Shown: positions 23,623-33,891 of the stretch, piece after piece
Layout: each line of letters begins with the position of its first letter
Numbering within the stretch: position 1 is the stretch's first letter
DNA from: Obrimoposthia wandeli
Taxonomy: Eukaryota
Assembly (NCBI GenBank): GCA_977020255.1
Contig: CDROCS010003840.1
Span: forward strand, 1 to 64,000
DNA: 64,000 nt
Reading direction: 5' to 3'
Translations under genes and position numbers: made by a program
Notes under the pieces: model-generated
What the model saw: the letters and a program-made list of their open reading frames with translations, nothing else
The model's database searches: none
Told to the model about the DNA's origin: nothing

Positions 23623-23787
23623 TTTGAGCAAGTACTCAAAGAAAATAAATTCTTCCGTTCGTTAGTGTTAACCGATTTAGAGCAGTTTAAATCATCGTGT
23701 GATGTGATTGTCTCGAACCGCATGGCTGAAGAGTTGACGGATGTGGTCGACAAAGTCTACACCCGTGATTTATTTGGTAATGACTAA
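23623..23787 (+). pseudogene. ugd: C-terminal 54-codon remnant of UDP-glucose 6-dehydrogenase
   Basis: Uninterrupted [13 protein letters not shown]...[28 protein letters not shown] matches the Ugd C-terminus. It has no start codon or N-terminal part. Confidence 0.85.
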
Positions 23788-24063
23788 GACACTGAGTGCG
23801 ACAGCCAATAGTTAAACCTATTGGCGACGAGATTGATGAGTGGATATATAGCACTTGTTAACGGGAACTTTCGCTACAAGCCGTTTTTCTCCTGAGCTAC
23901 CCCTGAGACAGTTTGATTGTCTTAACAATAACAACACTCAATATTATACGCTACCGATAAGTGACCGCTTACCGGTAGTGGTCATCGCTATTAAAACAGT
24001 ACGCTGACATGCATCTTATTAATAGAGTGCTGCAGGGCTGTTATCCCTCAAAAGGATTTATAC

Positions 24064-24984
24064 ATGCACCACATCACCAAAGCCGTTATTCCTGTGGCAG
24101 GACTCGGCACACGTATGCTACCTGCAACCAAAGCGATTCCGAAAGAAATGCTGCCTATCGTTGATAAGCCGCTGATCCAATATATTGTCAATGAATGTGT
24201 AGCGGCGGGTATTAAAGAGATTGTATTAGTCACACACTCATCGAAAAATGCGATCGAGAACCACTTTGATACTTCGTATGAATTGGAAGCCACGCTTGAA
24301 AAACGTGTAAAGCGTCAATTACTTGACGCGGTGCAATCAATTTGTCCGAAAGATGTGACCATTATGCATGTGCGCCAAGGCCATGCGAAAGGGTTAGGTC
24401 ATGCAGTTTTATGTGCAAAACCGTTAATTGGTGATGCGCCGTTCGTGGTGGTATTACCGGATGTGATCTTAGATGAATATACCGCGGATCAATCACGTGA
24501 AAACTTAGCGGCGATGTTAGCACGTTATGAAAGCACGCAAATCAGCCAAATTATGGTTGAGCCAGTAGCGATGCACGATGTGTCGAAGTACGGTGTGGTC
24601 GATTGTAACGGCGCTACTCTAAAAGGTGGAGAGTCTCACCCAATGACGGCGATGGTTGAAAAGCCTGCGATGGAAGATGCCCCGTCGAATCTAGCCGTTG
24701 TCGGTCGCTATGTACTATCTGCTAAAATTTGGGATAAGCTTGCGATGACACCGCCTGGTGCTGGTGATGAAATTCAGCTGACTGACGCGATTGATATGCT
24801 AATGGCAGATGAAACCGTGGAAGCGTTTCACATGACGGGTAAATCTCACGATTGTGGTGATAAATTAGGTTACCTGAAAGCCTTCGTCGAATACGGTGTG
24901 CGTCACGAGTCATTAGGTGATGACTTTAAACAATACCTACAAGAATTCATGAAAGAAGATAACATCTTAAAACTGGTCAGCTAA
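24064..24984 (+). CDS. galU: UTP-glucose-1-phosphate uridylyltransferase (copy 1)
   Basis: [42 protein letters not shown]-like motif. Confidence 0.93.
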   Translation: MHHITKAVIPVAGLGTRMLPATKAIPKEMLPIVDKPLIQYIVNECVAAGIKEIVLVTHSSKNAIENHFDTSYELEATLEKRVKRQLLDAVQSICPKDVTIMHVRQGHAKGLGHAVLCAKPLIGDAPFVVVLPDVILDEYTADQSRENLAAMLARYESTQISQIMVEPVAMHDVSKYGVVDCNGATLKGGESHPMTAMVEKPAMEDAPSNLAVVGRYVLSAKIWDKLAMTPPGAGDEIQLTDAIDMLMADETVEAFHMTGKSHDCGDKLGYLKAFVEYGVRHESLGDDFKQYLQEFMKEDNILKLVS

Positions 24985-25069
24985 ATACCATTGTTTAATC
25001 AATAATGAGTTTCTAGTTTCTAGTTATCGCAACCTTTTACCCATTTCCCTCTTTAGTAAGTTCACTATT

Positions 25070-26170
25070 ATGATTAATGCATTTATCTTTGTTTTTATAA
25101 CATCGTTTTGCAGCTTGTTTGTATTTCGAAAAGTCGCCAAATATGTAGGGTTAGTGGATAAACCCAACGCCCGTAAACATCACCAAGGGGTGGTACCGTT
25201 AGTGGGGGGGGTCTCTATATTCTTTACGCTCGCCATTACTTTCTTGCTCTTTACGACAATTGATTCTGGCCTAGTACTATTTTTGATCTGCGCTACGATT
25301 TTAGTGGTAATGGGCGTGATTGACGACCGTTATGACATCAGTTTTAAAATTCGCTTGGTGATCCAGACGGGGGTATCGTTAGCCATGATACTCATTGGTG
25401 ACAAAAGCTTACACAGCCTGGGTTACCTCATGGGCAGTGAGGCGATTGAACTGTCACCCATTGCCAGTGCTTTTATTACTATTTTTGCGGTCATTGGGGC
25501 CATCAACGCGTTTAATATGGTCGATGGCATCGATGGTTTACTGGGCGGACTAGCGTCAGTCACGTTTGGTGCCTTAGGTTATTTATTCCTTATCGACGGT
25601 AATACCGAATTGGCTCTAGTATGTGGTTTATTGGTCACCGCGATGATCCCGTATATTTTATTGAATCTTGGCTTTCCGTTGGGGCGTCGATTTAAAGTCT
25701 TCATGGGCGATGCGGGCAGTATCTTTATTGGCTTTACCGTTATTTGGCTATTGATTGAAGCCACTCAAGGGGTGAAATCGACGCCTATTCGCCCTGTTAC
25801 TGCTTTATGGGTGATTGCATTACCTTTGATGGATATGGCCACCATCATGGTGCGTCGTATCCGTAAAGGACAATCACCGTTTAAACCTGATCGCGAGCAT
25901 TTGCACCACATTTGCCAGCGCATTGGTTTGTCATCGCATATGTCATTGTTTGTTATTTGCCTTTGTGCATCGATAATGGCCGGTGTAGGCATTTGGTCTG
26001 ATATGACTCAAATGAATGAGACCGTGATGTTTGGTAGTTTCTTGGCAGTATTTGCGGTGTATTTTTGGATGATCAGCCATATTTGGAAAATCACCACTTG
26101 GGTGCACAAACTGTTTGGCAAAACAGGCCCTATCCAGCTTAACCTTGATGAGAGTGAAGCGGGTAAATAA
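25070..26170 (+). CDS. wecA: WecA-family undecaprenyl-phosphate GlcNAc-1-P transferase (copy 1)
   Basis: VDKPNARKHHQGVVPLVGG, GVIDDRYD, NAFNMVDGIDGL, FMGDAGS, PDREHLHH. Confidence 0.93.
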   Translation: MINAFIFVFITSFCSLFVFRKVAKYVGLVDKPNARKHHQGVVPLVGGVSIFFTLAITFLLFTTIDSGLVLFLICATILVVMGVIDDRYDISFKIRLVIQTGVSLAMILIGDKSLHSLGYLMGSEAIELSPIASAFITIFAVIGAINAFNMVDGIDGLLGGLASVTFGALGYLFLIDGNTELALVCGLLVTAMIPYILLNLGFPLGRRFKVFMGDAGSIFIGFTVIWLLIEATQGVKSTPIRPVTALWVIALPLMDMATIMVRRIRKGQSPFKPDREHLHHICQRIGLSSHMSLFVICLCASIMAGVGIWSDMTQMNETVMFGSFLAVFAVYFWMISHIWKITTWVHKLFGKTGPIQLNLDESEAGK

Positions 26171-26194
26171 TCACAGAGTGTAAAATGGGTAATG

Positions 26195-26232
26195 AAGGAG
26201 CGATAAACCGTATAAGGTTATCGCTCTTTTTA
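26195..26232 (+). terminator. Intrinsic terminator after wecA copy 1
   Basis: GAGCGATAA / TTATCGCTC stem followed by a T tract. Confidence 0.7.
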
Positions 26233-26343
26233 TTTCTAGTGATCACCCGTATTCCTCCTCGAACGATTCAAAACTGGCAAAGACCGATTAAGAAATAACG
26301 TCAAACGGCAATTAACATTCCACATGAAGAATAGATAATTATT

Positions 26344-26473
26344 ATGACTAGAAAATATTTTGGCACCGATGGTGTTCGCGGCAAAGTGGGTGATTACCCA
26401 ATCACACCTGATTTTGCACTAAAGCTTGGCTGGGCTGCAGGGCGTGTTTTATCACGTTTAGGAACAAAGAAAG
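26344..26473 (+). pseudogene. glmM: Phosphoglucosamine mutase, first 43 codons, cut by IS66
   Basis: [33 protein letters not shown]...GTKK, then the IS66 left IR. Confidence 0.92.
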
Positions 26474-26548
26474 GTAAGCGTCTAATTAACCCCACATTCA
26501 AATCACAGCAATACTTTGTCATAGTTTTTCCAATCTAACGGAGGAACT

Positions 26549-26848
26549 ATGACGCAATCAGAAAAACAACAACACTGGACAACAATCGTTACTCAGCAAC
26601 AGGAAAGTGACCTTTCCATTCCACACTTTTGCAAAGAGCACGATATCAATTACGCCACTTTTCACTATTGGTTAAAAAAGCTTAAACAAACCGACGGCGA
26701 ACAAGTAGCCCAGCAAGTGATAATGAATGACTATCCATCTTTAGGTGGGGAGATGGTTGTCGTGCACTTACCTAATGGGCTGAGAGCGGAGCTACCCACA
26801 TCGCTTTCATTGGTTCAAATTAAGACCTGGGTTGAAGCGCTACAATGA
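26549..26848 (+). CDS. tnpA: IS66 accessory protein TnpA
   Basis: W...QQESDLSIPHFCKEHDINYATFHYWLKK HTH-like motif; overlaps tnpB by ATGA. Confidence 0.85.
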   Translation: MTQSEKQQHWTTIVTQQQESDLSIPHFCKEHDINYATFHYWLKKLKQTDGEQVAQQVIMNDYPSLGGEMVVVHLPNGLRAELPTSLSLVQIKTWVEALQ

Positions 26849-27189
26849 TCCCAACAGGTAAGGTTTATCTTGTCTCTGGGGTGACTGATATGCGTAAATC
26901 CATTGATGGCCTGTCTTTGATTGTCGCTGAAACGCTAGAGATGGATCCCTTTAGTGAGGCGTGGTTTATTTTTTGCAATCGAGGAAAAGATAAACTCAAA
27001 ATATTGTTCTGGGACACCAATGGATTTTGGCTCTATTATCGCCGTTTGGAAAAAGGGCGATTTAAATGGCCAAGCCCTAAACAAGATGACACCATTCACA
27101 TATCAAAGCAGCAGTTACACTGGTTGTTGTCGGGTCTGAGCTTAGAGCACCCAAGAGCACATCAGCCCCTTAATGGGCTAGAAGTGTGA
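26845..27189 (+). CDS. tnpB: IS66 accessory protein TnpB
   Basis: TDMRKSIDGL, FIFCNR, KILFWDTNGFWLYYRRLEKGRFKWP. Confidence 0.93.
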   Translation: MIPTGKVYLVSGVTDMRKSIDGLSLIVAETLEMDPFSEAWFIFCNRGKDKLKILFWDTNGFWLYYRRLEKGRFKWPSPKQDDTIHISKQQLHWLLSGLSLEHPRAHQPLNGLEV

Positions 27190-27274
27190 CGGCTGAAACT
27201 GATCATCATATTGGGGTTGAACGATCCTTTTTTGCTGTCAAACTTAGGGCTCTATAATCTTATTGAGCCTAGTG

Positions 27275-28783
27275 ATGACCGACCTTCCTGATGATGTAGA
27301 CCAACTCAAAGCTATGTTGCTACAGCTTCAGCAAGATAGCGAAGCGAAAGACAAGTTACTCCAAGCTAAACAAGAAGAAGTCGCAGAGTTAAAAACTCAG
27401 GTACAACTGCTTGTTGAGCAACTTAACCTCAGTAAATCTAAACGCTTTTCCTCACAAAGTGAAAAAGTCGCGAAAGGGACATTCAACGAGGCTGAGCAGC
27501 AACATGGTCTACCAAAACCTGAGCCGAAACATCATAAAAAAGGCCGTAAACCTTTACCTGCGGCGCTTGAACGAGAAACCCATAAGCATGAGCTGAATAC
27601 CCCGTATTGTGAGTGTTGTGATATTCCATTGCATGAGTGCGGTACCGAAGTCTCTGAAGAGCTGAAAATCATTCCTCAAAAAGTCAGTGTTATCCGCCAC
27701 GAGCGCACCAAATATACGTGTCGTCAGTGTGAGAAGACACAGACAAGCAGTAAAATCATTACCGCTCCAAAACCAGCCAGCATGATACCGAAAAGCATGG
27801 GCTGTGCGGATGCTTTTGCTGCCATCGTGACGGCTAAGTATGTCGATGCGCTGCGCTGTATCGACAAGTCGCTATCCTGAACCGCTCAGGTATTGAAATG
27901 AGCCGAGGTACGCTAGCTAACTGGTGTGTGCAGCTGGGCAATAAGGTGCAAGTTATCATCGACACGATGAAAGCGGCGTTATTGAAAGAAAAGCTTATTT
28001 GTGCGGATGAAACCACGGTTCAGGTACTGAGGGAAGAAGATAGAAAGGCGCAATCCAAATCGTATATGTGGGTGTATCGTGGCGGTGAATTTAACGTAAA
28101 CCCATCGTGATGTGATTACCAATAATCGCGCAGCCGAGTTGTGCCAAGGAATTTTTAGGCGATTACTCCGGATACCTGTTATCGGATGGCTACGATGTTT
28201 ATGACACTCTCGATAACGTCACTCAAGCTGCCTGCTTGGCGCATGGCACGCCGCAAAATTTACCGATCAGAAGGCACAGCCATCGAAAAAAGCGGGAAAA
28301 GTACAAGCGTTGAACTAAAAGCATCGGCAAACTTTACGGACTAGAGCGCCGGCTAAGACCTTGACCTCCACAAGAACGTCAAATCCTACGGCAAAGAAAA
28401 AGCCCAAGGCCAATCCTCAATGAATTTACCGAGTTTGAGTAGCCAAAATGTGTTACCGAAGGTGCGCTAGGCAAGGCCATTAGTTACACACTGAATCAAT
28501 GGCCTAAATTGCTGACCTACCTGAAAGATGGTGACATAAGTATCTCGACAATAATGTGACTGAGCGAGTAGGCCGTTCGACGGGGCGAAAAATTGGATGT
28601 TCTCCACATCGGTTGATGGAGCAAACGAGCGCAAATTTATATTAGTGAACGACCTGTCGTGCTAATGACATTAATCCATATTATTACTTTCAACATCTGT
28701 TTACTGAGTTACCGAAACGACAACCTACCGACAATATGATGGACTTGATGCCATGGAATGTGGAGCTAGGTGAGGCTGAGTAA
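27275..28783 (+). pseudogene. tnpC: IS66 transposase TnpC; frameshifted from about 27860
   Basis: Coiled-coil N-terminus, KRFSSQSEK, CECC...CGTE zinc finger, CADETTVQVL, LGKAI.YTLNQW, DLMPWNV end. Confidence 0.9.
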
Positions 28784-28810
28784 GGCCTCACTGCTTCATT
28801 GCGCGCTTAC

Positions 28811-29287
28811 CTAGAAGTGGCATTATCGAAATTGGGGATCCCTTTTGTTCGTGCAAATGTGGGTGATCGCTATGTGATGGAACAACTGCTGGAAAGACAG
28901 TGGTGGTTTGGTGGTGAAAACTCCGGTCATGTTATTTGTCGTCAGCAAGTAACAACCGGTGATGCCATTGTTGCGGCATTACAAGTGCTAGCGGTTATTA
29001 TGAGCAGCGGTAAAACCTTGGATACTTTGGTCGCCGAAATGCCAATGATGCCGCAGGTGTTGGTCAATGTTCGATTCAGTGGTGATACTGATCCATTAAG
29101 CTCTGAAGCGGTACAAACGGCGTTACGTGAAGCCGAAACGGCGTTAGAAGTAGGCACCGAGACACCAAAAGGTCGAATTTTGTTACGCAAATCTGGTACT
29201 GAACCGTTAATCCGCGTGATGGTTGAAGCGGAATCCGATGCGCAAAAATGGGCGCAACATATTGCAGACCAAGTGAAAGCGGCTTAA
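28811..29287 (+). pseudogene. glmM: Phosphoglucosamine mutase, last 158 codons
   Basis: [50 protein letters not shown] begin immediately after the IS66 right IR. Confidence 0.92.
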
Positions 29288-29304
29288 ATAACAATTGAAC
29301 CATT

Positions 29305-29340
29305 AAAAGCGGTGTCTTCGAGAGAAGGCGCCGCTTTTTT
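29305..29340 (+). terminator. Intrinsic terminator after glmM
   Basis: AAAAGCGGTGTCTTC-GAGA-GAAGGCGCCGCTTTTTT. Confidence 0.8.
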
Positions 29341-29598
29341 CGTTTCAGGGGAAGCGCCTGATACTGCTCTTTTTTTGTACTGCCTATTTATTGTGTCATG
29401 TTTTTATAATAGAGTGTAGCAAGATTATACTAATGAGCGTTATGTTGCATATCGGCATTTATGTTAACTGTAGTGAGTAAATAACAGTATTCTTGGTTAG
29501 CCTCTCTGGGGTTGTTTAAAGAGTAATGCTATTTACTTTCTATATGTCAAAGCGTATGGATGCGTTTGGGCAAATTTAAAATTTATAAGGTCATTGTG

Positions 29599-30901
29599 AT
29601 GACATCTGCATTTTTGTTTGTTTTTATAACATCGTTTTGCATGCTTTTTATCTGCCGAAAACTAGCTAAAGCTGTTGGATTGGTCGATAAGCCAAACGCC
29701 CGAAAACATCACCAAGGTGTCATTCCTTTGGTGGGTGGCGTTTCAATATTCCTGACACTGATCGTGACATCTTTTCTGTTCCCTCAACTTAAGGTTGTGT
29801 CGCCACTCTTTATAAGTTGCGCCACAATTTTGGTGGTAACGGGGGTGATCGACGATCGCTATGACATCAGCTTTAAAGCGCGGTTAATTATTCAAACAAT
29901 TATATCGCTAGTTATGATTGGTGTTGGCAAATGGCAGGTTACCAAAAGAAATCAAGAAGTCTGGCAACCTTATTTTCCGCTTCATATTAAACATATGTGG
30001 TTTTGCCATTTTTACCTAAGAGAAATGGTATTTCTGCATTAGTATTTATTGGAAGGACGATGATGTCATTGAGTGATAAATGTCCTTTCGTTGCCGCAGT
30101 ATCGGTCGTACCTAAATCTCTCGTTATTTCTGATGGTTAATACCGTATTAGGGGCTTTGGAATAAAACAGGCGCTTCCAATCTTGAAAATGCTCGAACAG
30201 CCTAACAGCACCGATGCGCTAGTTGCGATTGGTGCTGGCAATAAAAGTAGCCTTGCAATGGGTTACTCGGTGGGTTAGCATCGGTTACCTTTGGCGCTTT
30301 AGGCTTCGTATTTTTAATGAGTGGTAATACTGATTTAGCGATCTTTTGTGGTTTAATGGTGACCGCAATGGTGCCTTACATTTTACTTAATATGGGCTTT
30401 CCCTTAGGGCGTCGCTTTAAAGTTTTTATGGGGGATGCTGGCAGCATATTCATCGGCTTTACGGTTATTTGGTTACTGATAGAAGCGACTCAGGGGCCTA
30501 ATGCAACACCTATCCGACCTGTTACTGCATTGTGGATGATCGCGATTCCCTTAATGGATATGGCCACCATTATGGTACGTCGTATTCGCAAAGGGCACTC
30601 ACCGTTCAAGCCCGACAGAGAACATTTACACCATATATGCCAGCGTTTAGGAATGTCGAATTATATGGCATTATTTATTATTTGTTTAATGGCTTCTATT
30701 ATGGCCAGTGTGGGTATTTGGGCTGATATGGCACTAATATCAGAGTCGGTTATGTTCATTAGCTTTCTCTGCATTTTTGCTATGTACTTTTTTGTGATTA
30801 GTCATATATGGCGTATTACGACACTTGTACACCGTATTTTTAAGGTTAGAGAGCCTGTTATATCAGAATCGTCCAGCAGTGATGTGCGTACGAATCTATA
30901 A
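29599..30901 (+). pseudogene. wecA: WecA-family transferase (copy 2), interrupted by unrelated or garbled sequence at about 29930-30258
   Basis: The N-part matches copy 1 to ...SLVMIGVG, and the C-part resumes at GLLGGLASVTFGAL through FMGDAGS and PDREHLHH. Confidence 0.85.
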
Positions 30902-30996
30902 CGCAATAGTTCAATAGCAGAACTAATGTAGCCTATAGAAAGTCTAAAAGTGTCCTTTATTGGACACTTTTTGCATATTGATGTTTTATTCAAATT

Positions 30997-32073
30997 TTAT
31001 TTTGTAGGTGACGTGCTGAATGAATGTAAACGAATAAAAAATACAAATAGACGTGAAAGGTATGACACAAAAATAAAATACACAATAAACAAGCTTAAAA
31101 AGCTATATAGCATAACCATTTCAGATATATCATTGAGCTCACTCCAAATGGCTATGTATGCAAAAAAAGCAGACAAAGCGCATAGTATTAAGAAGATAAG
31201 TCGGTTCGTTAATCCTAGAGCTTGAAGTTTATGGTGAAGGTGTTGTTTATCGGGTTGAAAGGGTGAGCAACCATTTATCATACGGCTTACTATAATCGTT
31301 GCCATATCCATTAATGGGAATGCGATTAACCATAAAGCGGTGACAGGTTTAAAGGATGGGGAACTGTTGAGTTGAGTGCCATTTAAAAGTAGCCAAATTA
31401 CGGTAAAACCAATAAAAAGGCTGCCAGCATCGCCCATGAAAACCTTCAAGTTTTTACCAAAAACAAACTCAAGGTTTAAGATAAGGTAAGGTATTACTGC
31501 AACAATCATAATGGAACAGAAATAATAGAGTTCAACATTATTGTTAAGCCAGAATAAATACCCTAAAGCCGAAAATACAACAATGGTCACCCCGCCAAGT
31601 AGCCCATCGATACCGTCAATCATATTAAATGCATTCATTGCGCCTACTATTGCCAATATAGTGACTATATTGCTTAGTAGTGGTGCTAGCATTAATTCTT
31701 TTGGGCTAAATATAGCGCCTAAGTTATGTATGCTTATGTTTCCAAATTCCATTACCACTATTGATACAAGTATTTGAATAGCCAAACGTATGTTTACCTG
31801 TATATTGTTTTTGTCATCAATAATGCCAGTTAGAACTAATATTGATGAGCATAATAAAAAAACATTATATTTAATGGTGAGTGGTGGGTGTAAAAATAAA
31901 GCCATTGATAGGGTTAGGAAAATAGAAATTCCACCCACCAGAGGAATGAATCCACTGTGTGATTTTCTTAATGAGGGTTTATCAACTAGACCTACATTTT
32001 TAGCAATACGCCTTAACGTAAAAATCAAAATAAACGATAATAAGAAAACAATAATCAACTCAATAAATATCAT
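30997..32073 (-). CDS. wecA: WecA-family transferase (copy 3, convergent, more divergent)
   Basis: VDKPSLRKSHSGFIPLVGG, GIIDD, NAFNMIDGIDGL, FMGDAGS, PDKQHLHH. Confidence 0.88.
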   Translation of the reverse strand: MIFIELIIVFLLSFILIFTLRRIAKNVGLVDKPSLRKSHSGFIPLVGGISIFLTLSMALFLHPPLTIKYNVFLLCSSILVLTGIIDDKNNIQVNIRLAIQILVSIVVMEFGNISIHNLGAIFSPKELMLAPLLSNIVTILAIVGAMNAFNMIDGIDGLLGGVTIVVFSALGYLFWLNNNVELYYFCSIMIVAVIPYLILNLEFVFGKNLKVFMGDAGSLFIGFTVIWLLLNGTQLNSSPSFKPVTALWLIAFPLMDMATIIVSRMINGCSPFQPDKQHLHHKLQALGLTNRLIFLILCALSAFFAYIAIWSELNDISEMVMLYSFLSLFIVYFIFVSYLSRLFVFFIRLHSFSTSPTK

Positions 32074-32426
32074 GAATCAAGACCTTATTAATCAAGTTAT
32101 CAATCGAAACATTGCCTATCGCTTTAATATCAATGAGTTATGTATATCCTGTTGCGTTCATCTTAATTTTGTTTTATCAGTGTTTACTGACCAATCAATT
32201 ATATTGAGCTTAGTGTCAGTATTACAAGTATGTCAAAGTAAAGAGCAAAATATTCATATGTTTCTATAATTATTTTATGGTTTATTAGAGGGTTTTTTGT
32301 GTTTAATATTGATTAACGCTTTATTTTTAAAGTTATTTTCGTGATGTGACTCGAGCAATTTTTCTTCTATTTACTTTCCACTTATTTGCTTTGGCATTAT
32401 TCATGTCTTCTCACGTTCATTAAGGT

Positions 32427-33788
32427 ATGGCAGTGGAGATTTTGCATCACGGGGCTAAGGTGGGTGTTACTGGCTCATGTCATGAAATTAAGCTGGGACA
32501 ACATGGATTACTTATCGATTGCGGTATGTTTCAGGGTGATGAATCTAAATATACGTTAGATATCGACTTTCCTATCGAACATATTCACGCATTGCTTTTA
32601 ACCCACTGTCATATTGATCATGTTGGACGTATTCCTTGGTTATTAGCGGCTGGATTTAAAGGGAAAATTTATGCGTCTGAAGCAACAGCAGCTTTATTAC
32701 CTTTAATGCTTGCAGATGGGCTGAAAATTCAACTGGGATTTAATCAACAGCAATGTGATCAATTCACTTCACTTGTAAAATCACGTTTAAAGGCGATTCC
32801 GTATGATTGTTGGGCTCAACTCATTTTGCCTTCTGGTGAACTGGTTAAAATTCGATTCCGTCCTGCGGGTCATATTTTAGGTTCAGCGTATATCGAAATA
32901 ATGCTTTCAACTGGCGAAATAGTAGTGTTTTCAGGAGACCTCGGGCCATGTAATACGCCACTCTTAGTGGACCCTATTTCGCCTCAAACCGTTGATACAT
33001 TGATTATTGAAAGTACTTATGGTGATCAGACTCATCATGGTATTGAAAGGAGAGAATGTCAGCTAAAGGAAATTATCGAGCGTTCGCTAATCGATGGTGG
33101 GGTAATACTGATACCTGCTTTTAGTGTGGGCCGCACACAAGAGCTATTGTTTGATATTGAAAATATTATTGCCGCGTCTAACGTCAAGAAGGATGCTGTG
33201 AATTGGCAAGAAATCCCAGTCATACTCGATTCGCCTTTAGCTGGGGAAATTACAGCGCAATACCGAAATTTTAAAATGCTATGGGCAAAAGAAGCGAAAG
33301 AACGAAAACAGCAAGGACGTCACCCGTTGTCTTTTGCTCAGTGTATTACTATTGAGCAGCATAGCGATCATCTGGCGTTAGTGAACAGGCTTAAAATGTC
33401 GGGTGAACCTGCGATTGTGGTGGCAGCCAGCGGTATGTGTTCTGGTGGGCGGATTGTGAATTATCTTGAAGCCTTGCTACCTGATAAAAGAACCGATGTG
33501 ATTATGATCGGTTACCAAGCTAAGGGGACGTTAGGGCGTGATCTATATAGTGGCAAGCGTGTGATTACAATTAATAATACGGTTATGAACGTTAAGGCTC
33601 AAATACATACGATGTCAGGTTATTCTGCCCATGCAGATCAGGCTGATTTATTAAAATTTGTGGGTGGAATTGAACAAGGCCCCAAAAAAATTCATGTTGT
33701 GCATGGTGATAAACAGGCTCAGTTAGCCTTCGCAGAATTACTTCAACAAATAAAACCACAAGCTAAAATAGTGACTGGATTTTCTTAA
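32427..33788 (+). CDS. Metallo-beta-lactamase fold hydrolase with beta-CASP/RNA-specificity domain
   Basis: IDCGMFQG, THCHIDHVG (HxHxDH), AGHILGS, FSGDLG, IESTYG, AFSVGRTQE, ASGMCSGG, SAHADQ, VHGD. Confidence 0.9.
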   Translation: MAVEILHHGAKVGVTGSCHEIKLGQHGLLIDCGMFQGDESKYTLDIDFPIEHIHALLLTHCHIDHVGRIPWLLAAGFKGKIYASEATAALLPLMLADGLKIQLGFNQQQCDQFTSLVKSRLKAIPYDCWAQLILPSGELVKIRFRPAGHILGSAYIEIMLSTGEIVVFSGDLGPCNTPLLVDPISPQTVDTLIIESTYGDQTHHGIERRECQLKEIIERSLIDGGVILIPAFSVGRTQELLFDIENIIAASNVKKDAVNWQEIPVILDSPLAGEITAQYRNFKMLWAKEAKERKQQGRHPLSFAQCITIEQHSDHLALVNRLKMSGEPAIVVAASGMCSGGRIVNYLEALLPDKRTDVIMIGYQAKGTLGRDLYSGKRVITINNTVMNVKAQIHTMSGYSAHADQADLLKFVGGIEQGPKKIHVVHGDKQAQLAFAELLQQIKPQAKIVTGFS

Positions 33789-33891
33789 AAATGATAAAAA
33801 AGTTCAATTAAGAACCTGTTTATTTTATCTCATCTATAATTTTATCAGTAATTAATTACGAACGATGTTCGTCGTTACTGATAGGGATTTG

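Larger units (their letters stand above)
26474..28810 (+). mobile_element. IS66-family insertion sequence
   Basis: Left end GTAAGCGTCTAATTAA, right end reverse complement GTAAGCGCGCAATGAA, enclosing tnpA-tnpB-tnpC. The 8-bp flanks differ (AAAGAAAG versus CTAGAAGT). Confidence 0.93.

Noticed and set aside
23945-23990. Reverse ops-like CGGTAGCGT and a small hairpin upstream of galU
   Set aside because: It lacks the GG of GGCGGTAG, points away from the operon and has no JUMPstart context.
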